Part shown: positions 48,762 through 59,456 of the stretch, one piece after another
How positions within the stretch are numbered: the stretch's first letter is position 1
Layout: each line of letters opens with the position of its first letter
IMG/VR virus record: IMGVR_UViG_3300005805_000058
Coordinates: 26,269-90,268 of that record
Direction: 5' to 3' (one strand)
Origin: a virus
Length of the DNA stretch: 64,000 nucleotides
The notes under the pieces: model-generated
What the model was told of the DNA's origin: nothing
What the model saw: only the letters and a program-made list of their open reading frames with translations
Databases searched by the model: none
Program-made: the position numbers and the translations under genes

Positions 48762-49508
48762 TTACTTCTTGTTATAGTTTTTAAGAATCTCTGAATAGGG
48801 TCTGTTCCACTTAGGAACAAGATTGACAACACCTGTAGGTATTTGTCCTCTCACTCTCTGAGCTTCTACATAAGCAGAATGTCTCTGTATAGCGTTAGGA
48901 CGTGAAGCATCATCTGTACCAAGCCCACTCATGTGATAGCCTCTACCACCCCACATATAGAACCAACTCACTTCATCATCAGGAGGAGCTGCATGCACAA
49001 CACCACCCTTAGCATGTATAGCTTGTACAAAGGTCATGTCATATCCTGCATTCTCAAGAGGATGTCCGCCAAGCTCTTCCCATATCTTCTTTGTATACAC
49101 AATACCAGAGTTACCCAGTCCTGTAATAGCTTCAATCTTATCACCATTAAAGAGCACACCCCTACTCCATTGTAAGAGATTGGCATCCTGTGCAAAGTAT
49201 TTGTAGATGTTACTCATGTGATTGGGCATAGCTACGTCATCATCATCCCATACAGCTATTAGTTCTCCATTACAATGCTCCAGAGCAAAGTTCTCTTTGT
49301 CTCCAATTGTAGGAAATGTCTCTTGCACATTGATAATCTTCACCTCAGGATGATCAAACACAAGGGTTTGTAGAGGATAGTCATTAACAATAATCATCTC
49401 CTTTGGACCAGGATAGTCTTGCTGTAAGAAGGAATGTAGAGATTCTTCTAGGAAATGCACCCTACCATAAGTGATGCACTTAGCACTAATTAATGGAAGT
49501 GAGCTCAT
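48762..49508 (-). CDS. GT2 glycosyltransferase
   Basis: Motifs ITYGR..FLEESL.SFL.QDY, IIVND and AVWDDDD. The ATG at 49508 is preferred. Confidence 0.85.
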   Translation of the reverse strand: MSSLPLISAKCITYGRVHFLEESLHSFLQQDYPGPKEMIIVNDYPLQTLVFDHPEVKIINVQETFPTIGDKENFALEHCNGELIAVWDDDDVAMPNHMSNIYKYFAQDANLLQWSRGVLFNGDKIEAITGLGNSGIVYTKKIWEELGGHPLENAGYDMTFVQAIHAKGGVVHAAPPDDEVSWFYMWGGRGYHMSGLGTDDASRPNAIQRHSAYVEAQRVRGQIPTGVVNLVPKWNRPYSEILKNYNKK

Positions 49509-49788
49509 AGAATCGTTTTGCATCTTCTGGTTCTAGATAGATTTCACTCTGGAATGTGTTACGCTGTCTCTTAACACCCTTCACCTTGTTAGTTCTGATG
49601 TCTACATCAGGAACCTCCTGAGCTATCTCACGAAAGTCATCTAACACTACAAGCGCACGTCCATCCTCAATACCAAGACTTCTCACCACCTTACTCATGT
49701 TAAAGCTGTCTCTGAATTCATTGTACACAGGATTCTCTGGTGTACCACTTTTTAACTCTTTACGAGTGTAGAAAAACTGATTTCTCAT
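49486..49788 (-). CDS. Hypothetical protein
   Basis: ORF overlapping both neighbours in the operon. Confidence 0.7.
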   Translation of the reverse strand: MRNQFFYTRKELKSGTPENPVYNEFRDSFNMSKVVRSLGIEDGRALVVLDDFREIAQEVPDVDIRTNKVKGVKRQRNTFQSEIYLEPEDAKRFYELTSIN

Positions 49789-50177
49789 TTTATATCGTAT
49801 TTGGTTTTTAATAAATCACGTCTTCTGTTCACCTCTTCATACTTGTACATATCCTTTTCAACATTATCATGTTCTTCTAGCGTCAATAGGATGATGTTCT
49901 CCTCATCATATGCAGCTTCAGGATGTTTATCCTTAGGAAGGATGTGATGAAAGAACACTGACAAAGGCTCATCACCTAGCTTCTTACCACTAATCTCAGA
50001 AAAATGTATCCTTTTCTTCCATATCCAAAGGAAAAAGCTTCTCATTTCATCATCTTCTTTCCTCTTCTGGTACATCTTTACAAGTGTGTTTTCTGTAGGT
50101 AGGGGCTTTCTAGGCTTATGCTTAAAGCAATATTCACCTTCACAGTTTCTCCCACATATTTTACATTTTGATTTCAT
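49785..50177 (-). CDS. HNH-like nuclease
   Basis: N-terminal CKIC..C..C..H and SEISG...FHHILPK..HPE...NIILLT.EEH. Confidence 0.65.
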   Translation of the reverse strand: MKSKCKICGRNCEGEYCFKHKPRKPLPTENTLVKMYQKRKEDDEMRSFFLWIWKKRIHFSEISGKKLGDEPLSVFFHHILPKDKHPEAAYDEENIILLTLEEHDNVEKDMYKYEEVNRRRDLLKTKYDIK

Positions 50178-50413
50178 TTCACCTTGTTATAAGTTTTGAA
50201 TTTAGACCTAGTGTTGTACATGTCAATCAAGAAATTGATCTTCTCCTTCCATTCATTGTACACCTTCTTCTTGCGCTTGTCTATCTTATCACCCTCTTCA
50301 AAGAGTTTCTCAATTTCATCATGTAATTCCACAAGATTAAGATATTGCTTCTGGAACAAATTTAGTTCATTTTCTTCAATATCTAGGATGATGCTAGTAT
50401 TCTTTTTCTGCAC
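50174..50413 (-). CDS. Hypothetical protein
   Basis: ORF in the operon; start uncertain. Confidence 0.55.
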   Translation of the reverse strand: MQKKNTSIILDIEENELNLFQKQYLNLVELHDEIEKLFEEGDKIDKRKKKVYNEWKEKINFLIDMYNTRSKFKTYNKVK

Positions 50414-50786
50414 GGTAAAGTTTTTCTTCTATAAACAATAATAGATATTCGTAAGGTAGTTTACCTCTTTGGTTTGGACCAGGTAAGTAATAAGACACAA
50501 TTGAATCTAACCACCGATCATCTATGTCCATCAATAGAACATACCTATCTGTATAATGGTTCCATCTGTAATAATACTGTCTTATAATGGAGAATGGATG
50601 GTCCTCTAGATAGAGGCTGTAATTAATAACACTGTTATCTTTCTGCCACCCATATCTCTCATACTCCAGTCCCCCATCCACCATAGCATTCCCACAAGAA
50701 CAATGCTTGAAGTCATGCGTATGGTAGCTCTGTATAGTGTCATCGCATAGATTACAATATACAGCGTTATAGATGAGGTGTTTCAT
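50394..50786 (-). CDS. Zn-ribbon phage protein
   Basis: NAVYCNLCDDTIQS.H.HDF..CSCG...VDGG. Confidence 0.7.
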   Translation of the reverse strand: MKHLIYNAVYCNLCDDTIQSYHTHDFKHCSCGNAMVDGGLEYERYGWQKDNSVINYSLYLEDHPFSIIRQYYYRWNHYTDRYVLLMDIDDRWLDSIVSYYLPGPNQRGKLPYEYLLLFIEEKLYRAEKEY

Positions 50787-50789
50787 AAA

Positions 50790-50939
50790 CTAAGCTTTGG
50801 TCATTAAAGAAGTTAACCAAGTCTTGGCAGCTGTAAGAGTGGTGAAGTTCTTGCTCATTCGCTTTCCTTTCACCCACTTTCTTGCTCTGTAAGTTCCATT
50901 GGTTGTCTTGTAAATGTTTGTCCATGTTGTCCTTTTCAT
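50790..50939 (-). CDS. 49-aa basic protein, AP2/integrase-arm-like DNA-binding fold (not in ORF track)
   Basis: MKRTTWTNIYKTTNGTYRARKWVKGKRMSKNFTTLTAAKTWLTSLMTKA. Confidence 0.55.
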   Translation of the reverse strand: MKRTTWTNIYKTTNGTYRARKWVKGKRMSKNFTTLTAAKTWLTSLMTKA

Positions 50940-50960
50940 ATTTATTGGTTTTTGATTACA

Positions 50961-51398
50961 CTATTTAATACCAGTGGATCCAAACCCACCTTCACCTCTT
51001 TTTGATGTAGATAGGTCATCCACTTCTTCAAACTCCACCTGATGTACAGGTTCAAAGTAAATCTGTGCTATTCTATCTCCTACACCATATGGAAACTGCG
51101 TATAGTTGTGTATGGGTGTAAATATACACATCCATTCTCCTCTGTAATCAGCATCAATGATGCCTATAGAGTTGTTCATAACCCAATGGTATTTAGTGAG
51201 ATTGCTACGTGGAACAATTACACCTCTCCAGCCTTCAGGGATTTCTGTCATAAACCCAAGCCCCACCTTTGCTTTTGAACCATCGTAAGTTACAGAGTTT
51301 GCGTACACATCATAACAAGCAGCGTGAAAGCTCCCCTTTACAGGAAGCTTCACGTTACTGTTGGTTTTTCTAAATTTCACTTTCAACATCTTCTTCAA
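50961..51398 (-). CDS. dut: Trimeric dUTPase
   Basis: Motifs AACYD, PRS, GIIDADYRGE, RIAQ and RGEGGFGSTG. Confidence 0.95.
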   Translation of the reverse strand: MKKMLKVKFRKTNSNVKLPVKGSFHAACYDVYANSVTYDGSKAKVGLGFMTEIPEGWRGVIVPRSNLTKYHWVMNNSIGIIDADYRGEWMCIFTPIHNYTQFPYGVGDRIAQIYFEPVHQVEFEEVDDLSTSKRGEGGFGSTGIK

Positions 51399-52404
51399 CT
51401 TTAATTTCAGTTTGCTTAATCTTGTTTACTATTGTGTTCTTGATCTCTTCGTAAAATTCTGGATTGTCAATGATCATCTTCTTAAACTCCTCTAGGTCAT
51501 ACTTAACATCATTAAATGTCATTGTCTTACCATACTTACGCCCCACCTCAAACTCATTAATCAAATCAAGAATCTCACCCACCTTATCAATACCCTCACC
51601 ATACACAATCTCAAACTGGGATAGTCTATAAGGAGGACACATCTTGTTCTTGGTGGCTTTCACCTTTGTAATATTACCGTAGGTTACATCACCTTCTTTT
51701 GCAAGACTCTTGCTCACCTCGATTCTACAATCTGAATAAAACTTCAATGCATGTCCACCTTGAGTTGTTGTAGGATTACCAAACATTACACCAATCTTCT
51801 CACGATACTGACTGATAACAATCAAGCACACATTGTTTGTAGATAGAGCACTCTTAAGTTTTGGATAGGCATTACTATTTAGTCTAGACTTGTGACCGAT
51901 AGTGCTATCACCCACCTCACCATCAAGTTGCTTCTTAGGAATCAATGATGAATCTGAGTCAATAATCACAAGATCAACGTCACCAGTGTTAATCATTTCC
52001 ATAGCAATGTTAAAACCTTCCTCACCGCAACTAGGCTGAGCAATCAATAACTTGGTTGTATCTACACCTAGTTGTTGGAAGTAGTTCTTATCTACAGCAT
52101 GCTCGCCATCTATATAGAGCACAGTACCACCTTTCTTCTGACACTCTGCCACAGCGTGACCACAAATAGTTGACTTACCTGTACCTTCCCATCCCATGAG
52201 TTCATACATCTTACCCTTCACAAACCCACCAGTTCCCAATGTCACATAATCAAACCCAATAGATCCTGTGCTAATTACATCATAATTACCCTCAGTCTTT
52301 GAGTCTAATGTAAGGATTGTACCTACACCATACGCTTTGTTTAATTTGTCTAATGCTTCCTGAAATTTGTTTGTTGTTGTTGATTCTTTACTAGCTTTTG
52401 CCAT
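51370..52404 (-). CDS. recA: RecA-family recombinase
   Basis: Walker A GWEGTGKST, plus YIDGEHA.D, SQYREKIGVMFGNP and GGHALKFY. Confidence 0.95.
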   Translation of the reverse strand: MAKASKESTTTNKFQEALDKLNKAYGVGTILTLDSKTEGNYDVISTGSIGFDYVTLGTGGFVKGKMYELMGWEGTGKSTICGHAVAECQKKGGTVLYIDGEHAVDKNYFQQLGVDTTKLLIAQPSCGEEGFNIAMEMINTGDVDLVIIDSDSSLIPKKQLDGEVGDSTIGHKSRLNSNAYPKLKSALSTNNVCLIVISQYREKIGVMFGNPTTTQGGHALKFYSDCRIEVSKSLAKEGDVTYGNITKVKATKNKMCPPYRLSQFEIVYGEGIDKVGEILDLINEFEVGRKYGKTMTFNDVKYDLEEFKKMIIDNPEFYEEIKNTIVNKIKQTEIKVEEDVESEI

Positions 52405-52417
52405 ATGATTCTTTTTT

Positions 52418-52449
52418 CAAATATACAAAATTATTTTCTCTGGGCCAAA
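52418..52449 (-). promoter_or_regulatory. Bacteroidota sigma-A promoter of recA
   Basis: On the minus strand: TTTG (52449-52446), 20 nt, TATATTTG (52425-52418). Confidence 0.75.
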
Positions 52450-52456
52450 AATAAAT

Positions 52457-52488
52457 AAAAAAAAGCCCCAATGTAGAAACACCAGGGC
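52457..52488 (-). terminator. Intrinsic terminator
   Basis: GCCCUGGUG/CAUUGGGGC stem with G-U pairs, followed by U8 on the minus strand. Confidence 0.75.
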
Positions 52489-52506
52489 AAAAATCGAAAA
52501 CTGGAA

Positions 52507-54536
<2,030 letters not shown>

Positions 54537-54565
54537 AAAAATTTGTATTATTTGGTTAAAAAATG

Positions 54566-54592
54566 AGGGGTTGTAAATTTACTACAACCCCT
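54566..54592. terminator. Perfect 10-bp hairpin upstream of nrdJ
   Basis: AGGGGTTGTA-AATTTAC-TACAACCCCT with flanking A/T runs. Confidence 0.65.
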
Positions 54593-54619
54593 TTTAATAA
54601 CCAAGACATTTCAAAAATT

Positions 54620-54874
54620 CTATCTAACTAGTCTTCTTATTTTCATACCAAGATCTGCATCATCTATAGCTGTATTAACCAAGTTGGTTATTTCAGCATT
54701 CTGTGTCAGAAGCTTCTCGATATAGAGCGTAGCATCTTGTAATTCTTGTTGAAGATGTAATAGATAGTTATCCTTATTGTTTTGTTGTAATGTGGTGTTG
54801 TATTTCTCTATTCCCACAGAGCTTCTCTGTTGAAACTTAGCAACCACCTGGTCCACTATTGGGTCTGTGTGCAT
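54620..54874 (-). CDS. Small all-alpha NTP pyrophosphatase-like (MazG-like) protein
   Basis: R..VGIEKYNTTL...HLQQELQDATLY pattern. Confidence 0.55.
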   Translation of the reverse strand: MHTDPIVDQVVAKFQQRSSVGIEKYNTTLQQNNKDNYLLHLQQELQDATLYIEKLLTQNAEITNLVNTAIDDADLGMKIRRLVR

Positions 54875-55221
54875 AACTTGTCATTTAATAACTGAATCAT
54901 AACTGTAACAGCAGCTGTATCACATTCCTTTCTAGAGGAGAATGGTCCAACCTTTGAATAATTGTTGATTGTGTAATGGAATGCTCCTTCTAAATACGAT
55001 ACATTAGCATAGAATCCATAACTGTCAAACACATCAAACAGGTTTCTGGGAGAAGCCTCTAAAATCTTTGCAATCTTGTCATTATCAACACCTTGTGCTC
55101 TGACAAAATCTTTAAAGTTTTCAGGTAGCTTGTCATCATTTAACCCCTCTAGCATTTTCTCTAGATAGTAGGATACAATCACCTTAGCTGCCTCTGGATA
55201 CTTTTCTAATAGTTCTAACAT
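54856..55221 (-). CDS. Hypothetical protein
   Basis: ORF in the operon. Confidence 0.7.
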   Translation of the reverse strand: MLELLEKYPEAAKVIVSYYLEKMLEGLNDDKLPENFKDFVRAQGVDNDKIAKILEASPRNLFDVFDSYGFYANVSYLEGAFHYTINNYSKVGPFSSRKECDTAAVTVMIQLLNDKLCTQTQ

Positions 55222-55421
55222 GGTTCATTATTTTTTAAACGTTCTGCTCTTTCAGCCCACCAGTCTCTCTCATACTTAATCTCTGATACAGATATGGCAT
55301 CACCCATGTCCATCTCTTTATATTGAGCATCATATTTCTCACTCTCAAGCTGACAAAATATAATGGCTTGGTGTAAGCCATATTCATAAAGCACTTTTTG
55401 TAAAAACTCTTCGTTATACAT
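55215..55421 (-). CDS. Hypothetical protein
   Basis: The ATG at 55421 (MYNEEF) is preferred. Confidence 0.6.
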   Translation of the reverse strand: MYNEEFLQKVLYEYGLHQAIIFCQLESEKYDAQYKEMDMGDAISVSEIKYERDWWAERAERLKNNEPC

Positions 55422-55965
55422 ACTCTTTAATTTTATCAATGTTTAATGTTTCGTTTTCTTCTATAAATCCTTGCCAAACTTCCATACTGTCATCAAACTC
55501 TACACCAAGTTTATCCTCCCAATATTTACGCAAATCTTCTGTTCTGTTGAATATACGATATTGAAGGCTTATTTCATCCTTGTGTAATCCGTTCTTCTTT
55601 ATCTTGATCACCTTAGGAAACATGGATTGGAATTCCTTAGAAGTTTTAGAATACTTACCAAGCTTAACCAGACCGAAGTCTTTCTTAAATTTCTTGTTAA
55701 GTTCATAAACAAGTACAACAAACCCATCCTCATAATCATAATCATCTATTATGGCTGTAGTTCTCTCATACTCATTGTCTAGAAACTCTTTGAACTGATC
55801 CAACTTCTTAGGACAGAAAAGGAGATATACAGCATTTTCATACTGTACCTCTCTCCTGCTGTCACTAACATAAGCATTAATAAACTCATTGTCCTTCAGA
55901 CTATCCCTATTAATACTTAAGGTTGGCACCATAAATATGCTGCTAATTGTTTTCTTCAACTCCAT
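55414..55965 (-). CDS. Hypothetical replication-region protein
   Basis: 183-aa ORF in the operon. Confidence 0.75.
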   Translation of the reverse strand: MELKKTISSIFMVPTLSINRDSLKDNEFINAYVSDSRREVQYENAVYLLFCPKKLDQFKEFLDNEYERTTAIIDDYDYEDGFVVLVYELNKKFKKDFGLVKLGKYSKTSKEFQSMFPKVIKIKKNGLHKDEISLQYRIFNRTEDLRKYWEDKLGVEFDDSMEVWQGFIEENETLNIDKIKEYV

Positions 55966-55966
55966 T

Positions 55967-57013
55967 TTATCCTTTTATGTTTACTAATCCTCCTTGCTCA
56001 TAGCTTTTTCTAGAAATATCCCAAACGTTGTTTGTCAAAGCCCAATCTAAATCCATAACAAGTTCTTCAACACCTGAGTATCTTCTACCCTTGTGTTCAA
56101 ATCCTTCGTAAGCATTCATGATATCATCACCATCTAGTGTGTAAATCAATGGATTGTAATAGTTTGTGCTGTCACAAACAATAAACCTTGGAAATTCTAT
56201 CTTGTAATCATCAAGAGCTTTCTCTTTGGCAAAGTATTTAGCAGCCTGCCAATACAAGAATGCCTGAATATATGCCCTACGATAGAGATAGTATTCTTCA
56301 TAGAAGTTCTCTACAGCCCAGACACATTTCAAATCATACACCTGTACTGTTCGCTGTTCGTGATCAACGATCACCTTGTCCATCATGCTCTTAAACTTGA
56401 GCTCCCCAACCTTGTAGTTTTCCACTTGCAGCTGGTTGTACACACTATACCTAACACTACTTACAAGATTAACAACTTCCTTAGTGACAAAGTTGTTTCT
56501 TAGCTCTTCCACTATCTTTTCAGCGTTTGATACATCCTCTGTAGTGATTACCGTGAGACCTTTAGACTTAACTGTCCTCATCTCATTGTAATAAATCTCT
56601 GCATCAGATCCAACAAACTTGCTGATGACAGCATCAAACTTAATCTTGAATCCACTCTCAGCGTATGCATCCTTTGCAATCTCTTCGAATGTTCTACTGA
56701 CATTACCAGCCTCATCTGTAGCTTCTTTTGTAAATCTATACAAAGCTTCTACAAACGCTAGCATTAGTCCTGTAGGAGCAGAAAGACACACAGACATATA
56801 AAATCTGTTGTCAAACTCTTCTGGTTCCAATAGTAGGGTTTCTACAATCCTACCTGTTGTAGCAGCTGCTGTATCCTTATCATCTACAGATTCACCAAGT
56901 ATATACTTTCGGTGGTACTTTCTTCTATCAAAGGAAAAGTCTTTCAAGCTGCTAGAGCTGTCTAAATTAATGGCTCTATAATTAGCCTCTGTTTTAGTCT
57001 TTCCGTCTATCAT
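55967..57013 (-). CDS. PD-(D/E)XK exonuclease (ExoVIII/DUF3799-like)
   Basis: S.SSLK, G...E..LLEPEEF, and KSMMDKVIV...YDLK...YIQAFLY. Confidence 0.8.
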   Translation of the reverse strand: MIDGKTKTEANYRAINLDSSSSLKDFSFDRRKYHRKYILGESVDDKDTAAATTGRIVETLLLEPEEFDNRFYMSVCLSAPTGLMLAFVEALYRFTKEATDEAGNVSRTFEEIAKDAYAESGFKIKFDAVISKFVGSDAEIYYNEMRTVKSKGLTVITTEDVSNAEKIVEELRNNFVTKEVVNLVSSVRYSVYNQLQVENYKVGELKFKSMMDKVIVDHEQRTVQVYDLKCVWAVENFYEEYYLYRRAYIQAFLYWQAAKYFAKEKALDDYKIEFPRFIVCDSTNYYNPLIYTLDGDDIMNAYEGFEHKGRRYSGVEELVMDLDWALTNNVWDISRKSYEQGGLVNIKG

Positions 57014-57305
57014 CTGGTTGGTTTTTTAAAAAGTCTGTATTAAATTTAGCACCTTTTGGAAGAACACCTGTTCTTTCTCTCTTGATGTTGTGGTAGGCAG
57101 TCACTATGCTGTCATACATTTTCCTCACTTCCATAGGAACTCTCCTAAAGAACCATCTAATCTCCACTTCATAATCACCTCCCACAGGATCAATCAACCA
57201 GAACTTGTGCTTCTCACCATCTAGTTCTACATATCCTTCATACCATGTTTCTGTGAATGCTGGAGTTTTCTCAACAGCAATTGTCACTTGTCTTTCATTT
57301 TCCAT
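56994..57305 (-). CDS. Hypothetical protein
   Basis: ORF in the operon. Confidence 0.65.
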   Translation of the reverse strand: MENERQVTIAVEKTPAFTETWYEGYVELDGEKHKFWLIDPVGGDYEVEIRWFFRRVPMEVRKMYDSIVTAYHNIKRERTGVLPKGAKFNTDFLKNQPDDRRKD

Positions 57306-57486
57306 TTTCTATTTTCATTTCTCCTTTCTGTAATAATGCGTTTAAATCAAGTTGATTTTCTTGTATAAACTTCCATTTTATTTCATCTATTTCCCAATCA
57401 CCAGTCAGTGTTGGATAGAATTCAAAGAACATACCACTATTCAATACCTGATCGTAGTATTCTTTTGTTGCTTTTTTATTTTCCAT
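57295..57486 (-). CDS. Hypothetical protein
   Basis: The ATG at 57486 (MENKK) is preferred. Confidence 0.6.
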   Translation of the reverse strand: MENKKATKEYYDQVLNSGMFFEFYPTLTGDWEIDEIKWKFIQENQLDLNALLQKGEMKIENGK

Positions 57487-57868
57487 TTTTCTCTTGTTTT
57501 GTTTTAACATCATGACAAGATGTGCACAAACATTGCAAATTATCCACCTCACAGAACAATCTTTCTACAAAACCTGGTAGGTCTTGTGCAGAATTAAGAC
57601 TTCCTGCTGGGCAAATATGATCCACATTAATCTTCTTTTCAGGGAACCATTTCTCACAATGAGCACATTGGTATTCAAACTTCTGTCTCTTATTAGGTCC
57701 TTTGTAAGGTCTGCGAGCGTTCATCTTTGTCTGTGTAATAGGCTTCCACCATCTAGATTTCTGTCTAAGTGCACTTCTGATAAAGCTCCAGAATGCTGAT
57801 TCTGTCATTGTACCAGCATTACGTGTTTTTACCACTCTTGGCTTTTTAGCTGCTGCTTTCTTCCTCAT
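57476..57868 (-). CDS. HNH endonuclease
   Basis: YQCAHC...VDHI.P...NLQCLCTSCH..KT. The ATG at 57868 is preferred because the longer start lies inside a hairpin. Confidence 0.8.
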   Translation of the reverse strand: MRKKAAAKKPRVVKTRNAGTMTESAFWSFIRSALRQKSRWWKPITQTKMNARRPYKGPNKRQKFEYQCAHCEKWFPEKKINVDHICPAGSLNSAQDLPGFVERLFCEVDNLQCLCTSCHDVKTKQEKNGK

Positions 57869-57882
57869 AATCAATAATTTAT

Positions 57883-57925
57883 AAAAAGGGAATGTCACAA
57901 AGTTACGAATAATTGTGACACTCCC
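57883..57925 (-). terminator. Intrinsic terminator after rIIB with embedded -7 element
   Basis: GGGAGUGUCACAA/UUGUGACAUUCCC stem followed by U5; TAACTTTG at 57905-57898. Confidence 0.75.
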
Positions 57926-57932
57926 TAATTTA

Positions 57933-59399
57933 TTATTGAATAGTGCTCACTCTCTTAGAAAGCGTGTTCTTCATTTCTTCCAAAGAAGCTGCAATGGTCT
58001 CAATTTGAGCATGCGTCATTGCTGGAATGTTGAACTGGTGCTTAGAAGCCTCTATAACAAATCCATTCTTAGCCTTGTCAGCAAGATTTTGCAATTCACG
58101 AATTGCGTAATCCTCATCTAGCTCAAGGGTATCAAAGTCTAGATCATGTAGAATTGTTGTAGATTCTTCTGTAGGAACAGTCATGATTGGCAAATACTCA
58201 TAGCATCTACCCTTTAGTTCACCTATACCCACAACCTTCATAGGGTTGATAAGAATAAGAACAGAAGTGTCACCACATCCTACATAGTTGATATGATCAG
58301 CTGTAAAATGCAAACCTGCATGTCCACAATCTGCCCTGTTCCAGTTACACTGTTCTGGAGGCATGTTAGTCACTTTACCCACACGAATATCAAATGTACG
58401 TGTATGAGCATCTGTGAAACGATTCTCCTTCCTATTAGGCAAATCTAGATACAGCTCTGTAAGATTACCAATGTGTTCTCCGTAGTCCACTGTATCAGTT
58501 TTTGGAATTTCACCATCTCCATCACAAATATCACAGCAATCATCATACATATCATAACCACTACCAGAGCACGCATAACACTCTTCTGTATCAGACAAAA
58601 CACTACCGTGGATAAAGGTATACTGTCCATCTTTTAGATACACTTCATAGTTATCTGGGCTCTTCTTCCATACAGCCTTCACTTTGTTGTAAGCATTACT
58701 TACAAACTGTACAAACTCTGTACCACCGTGAAGCGTAACTACATTCCTAAGAGCTACGAAGAAACCCTGTTTGGTGATTCTAAAGCTATTTTTATTGAGG
58801 AAATCATAAAGGTCATTAGCAACTTCTGCTCTTGGATTAAGGCAGCACCACATAAAGAACCTCTTAAGAGCTTGATATTCTTCATCTTTTGCAAGAGCTG
58901 CTTGCAAATCTCCAAATCCTGTGAAATAACCCACTCTATCAACCACCTGAATAAACTTCTCAACTAACAATTGAGGAATAGTTCTACCAGTTCCAGCTAG
59001 CTTAACAGAACCATCTTCAATCTCAAAATCAGCTAGTCCTTCTAGCTTTTTAATTCCTTGCTGAACAGCTTTGATACGAGCTATCTCTGCTTCCACTCTT
59101 CTTCTTTCCTCCACAACTTCTGCTGTAGAGCAAATGTTGTGCAATGTAGCTTCTGTTGTTGCATTTACAGCCCTATAATAATCATCATCTGTAGCGTTTG
59201 ACTTGCTAAGAATAGATCCATTACGAAGAACAATTGTCAATACATCATTCACCAACTTAATGTTGATGTACGGTTTTTCTGTTACCACCTCCTCAACATC
59301 CTCCTGCTCCATCAATTTGTCAATCTTGTTAGAAATTGCTTTCTCTACAGCGTGTTCAATCTTGCTCTTGAACCACTGCATGCTTAGAAACTTACTCAT
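57933..59399 (-). CDS. rIIB: rIIB-like protein with inserted CxxCxGxG zinc finger
   Basis: Follows rIIA. Motifs LNP....DLY.FL...ITKQGFFVA.R, C..GLH and INP.KVV......KGRCYEY. Confidence 0.75.
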   Translation of the reverse strand: MSKFLSMQWFKSKIEHAVEKAISNKIDKLMEQEDVEEVVTEKPYINIKLVNDVLTIVLRNGSILSKSNATDDDYYRAVNATTEATLHNICSTAEVVEERRRVEAEIARIKAVQQGIKKLEGLADFEIEDGSVKLAGTGRTIPQLLVEKFIQVVDRVGYFTGFGDLQAALAKDEEYQALKRFFMWCCLNPRAEVANDLYDFLNKNSFRITKQGFFVALRNVVTLHGGTEFVQFVSNAYNKVKAVWKKSPDNYEVYLKDGQYTFIHGSVLSDTEECYACSGSGYDMYDDCCDICDGDGEIPKTDTVDYGEHIGNLTELYLDLPNRKENRFTDAHTRTFDIRVGKVTNMPPEQCNWNRADCGHAGLHFTADHINYVGCGDTSVLILINPMKVVGIGELKGRCYEYLPIMTVPTEESTTILHDLDFDTLELDEDYAIRELQNLADKAKNGFVIEASKHQFNIPAMTHAQIETIAASLEEMKNTLSKRVSTIQ

Positions 59400-59425
59400 T
59401 TGTTTTGTTTTAAACTTTTAAAATT

Positions 59426-59448
59426 GGGAGGAACATTACATTCCTCCC
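59426..59448 (-). terminator. Hairpin between rIIA and rIIB
   Basis: GGGAGGAA/TTCCTCCC 8-bp stem with a weak U-tail. Confidence 0.5.
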
Positions 59449-59456
59449 TGTGCTAA

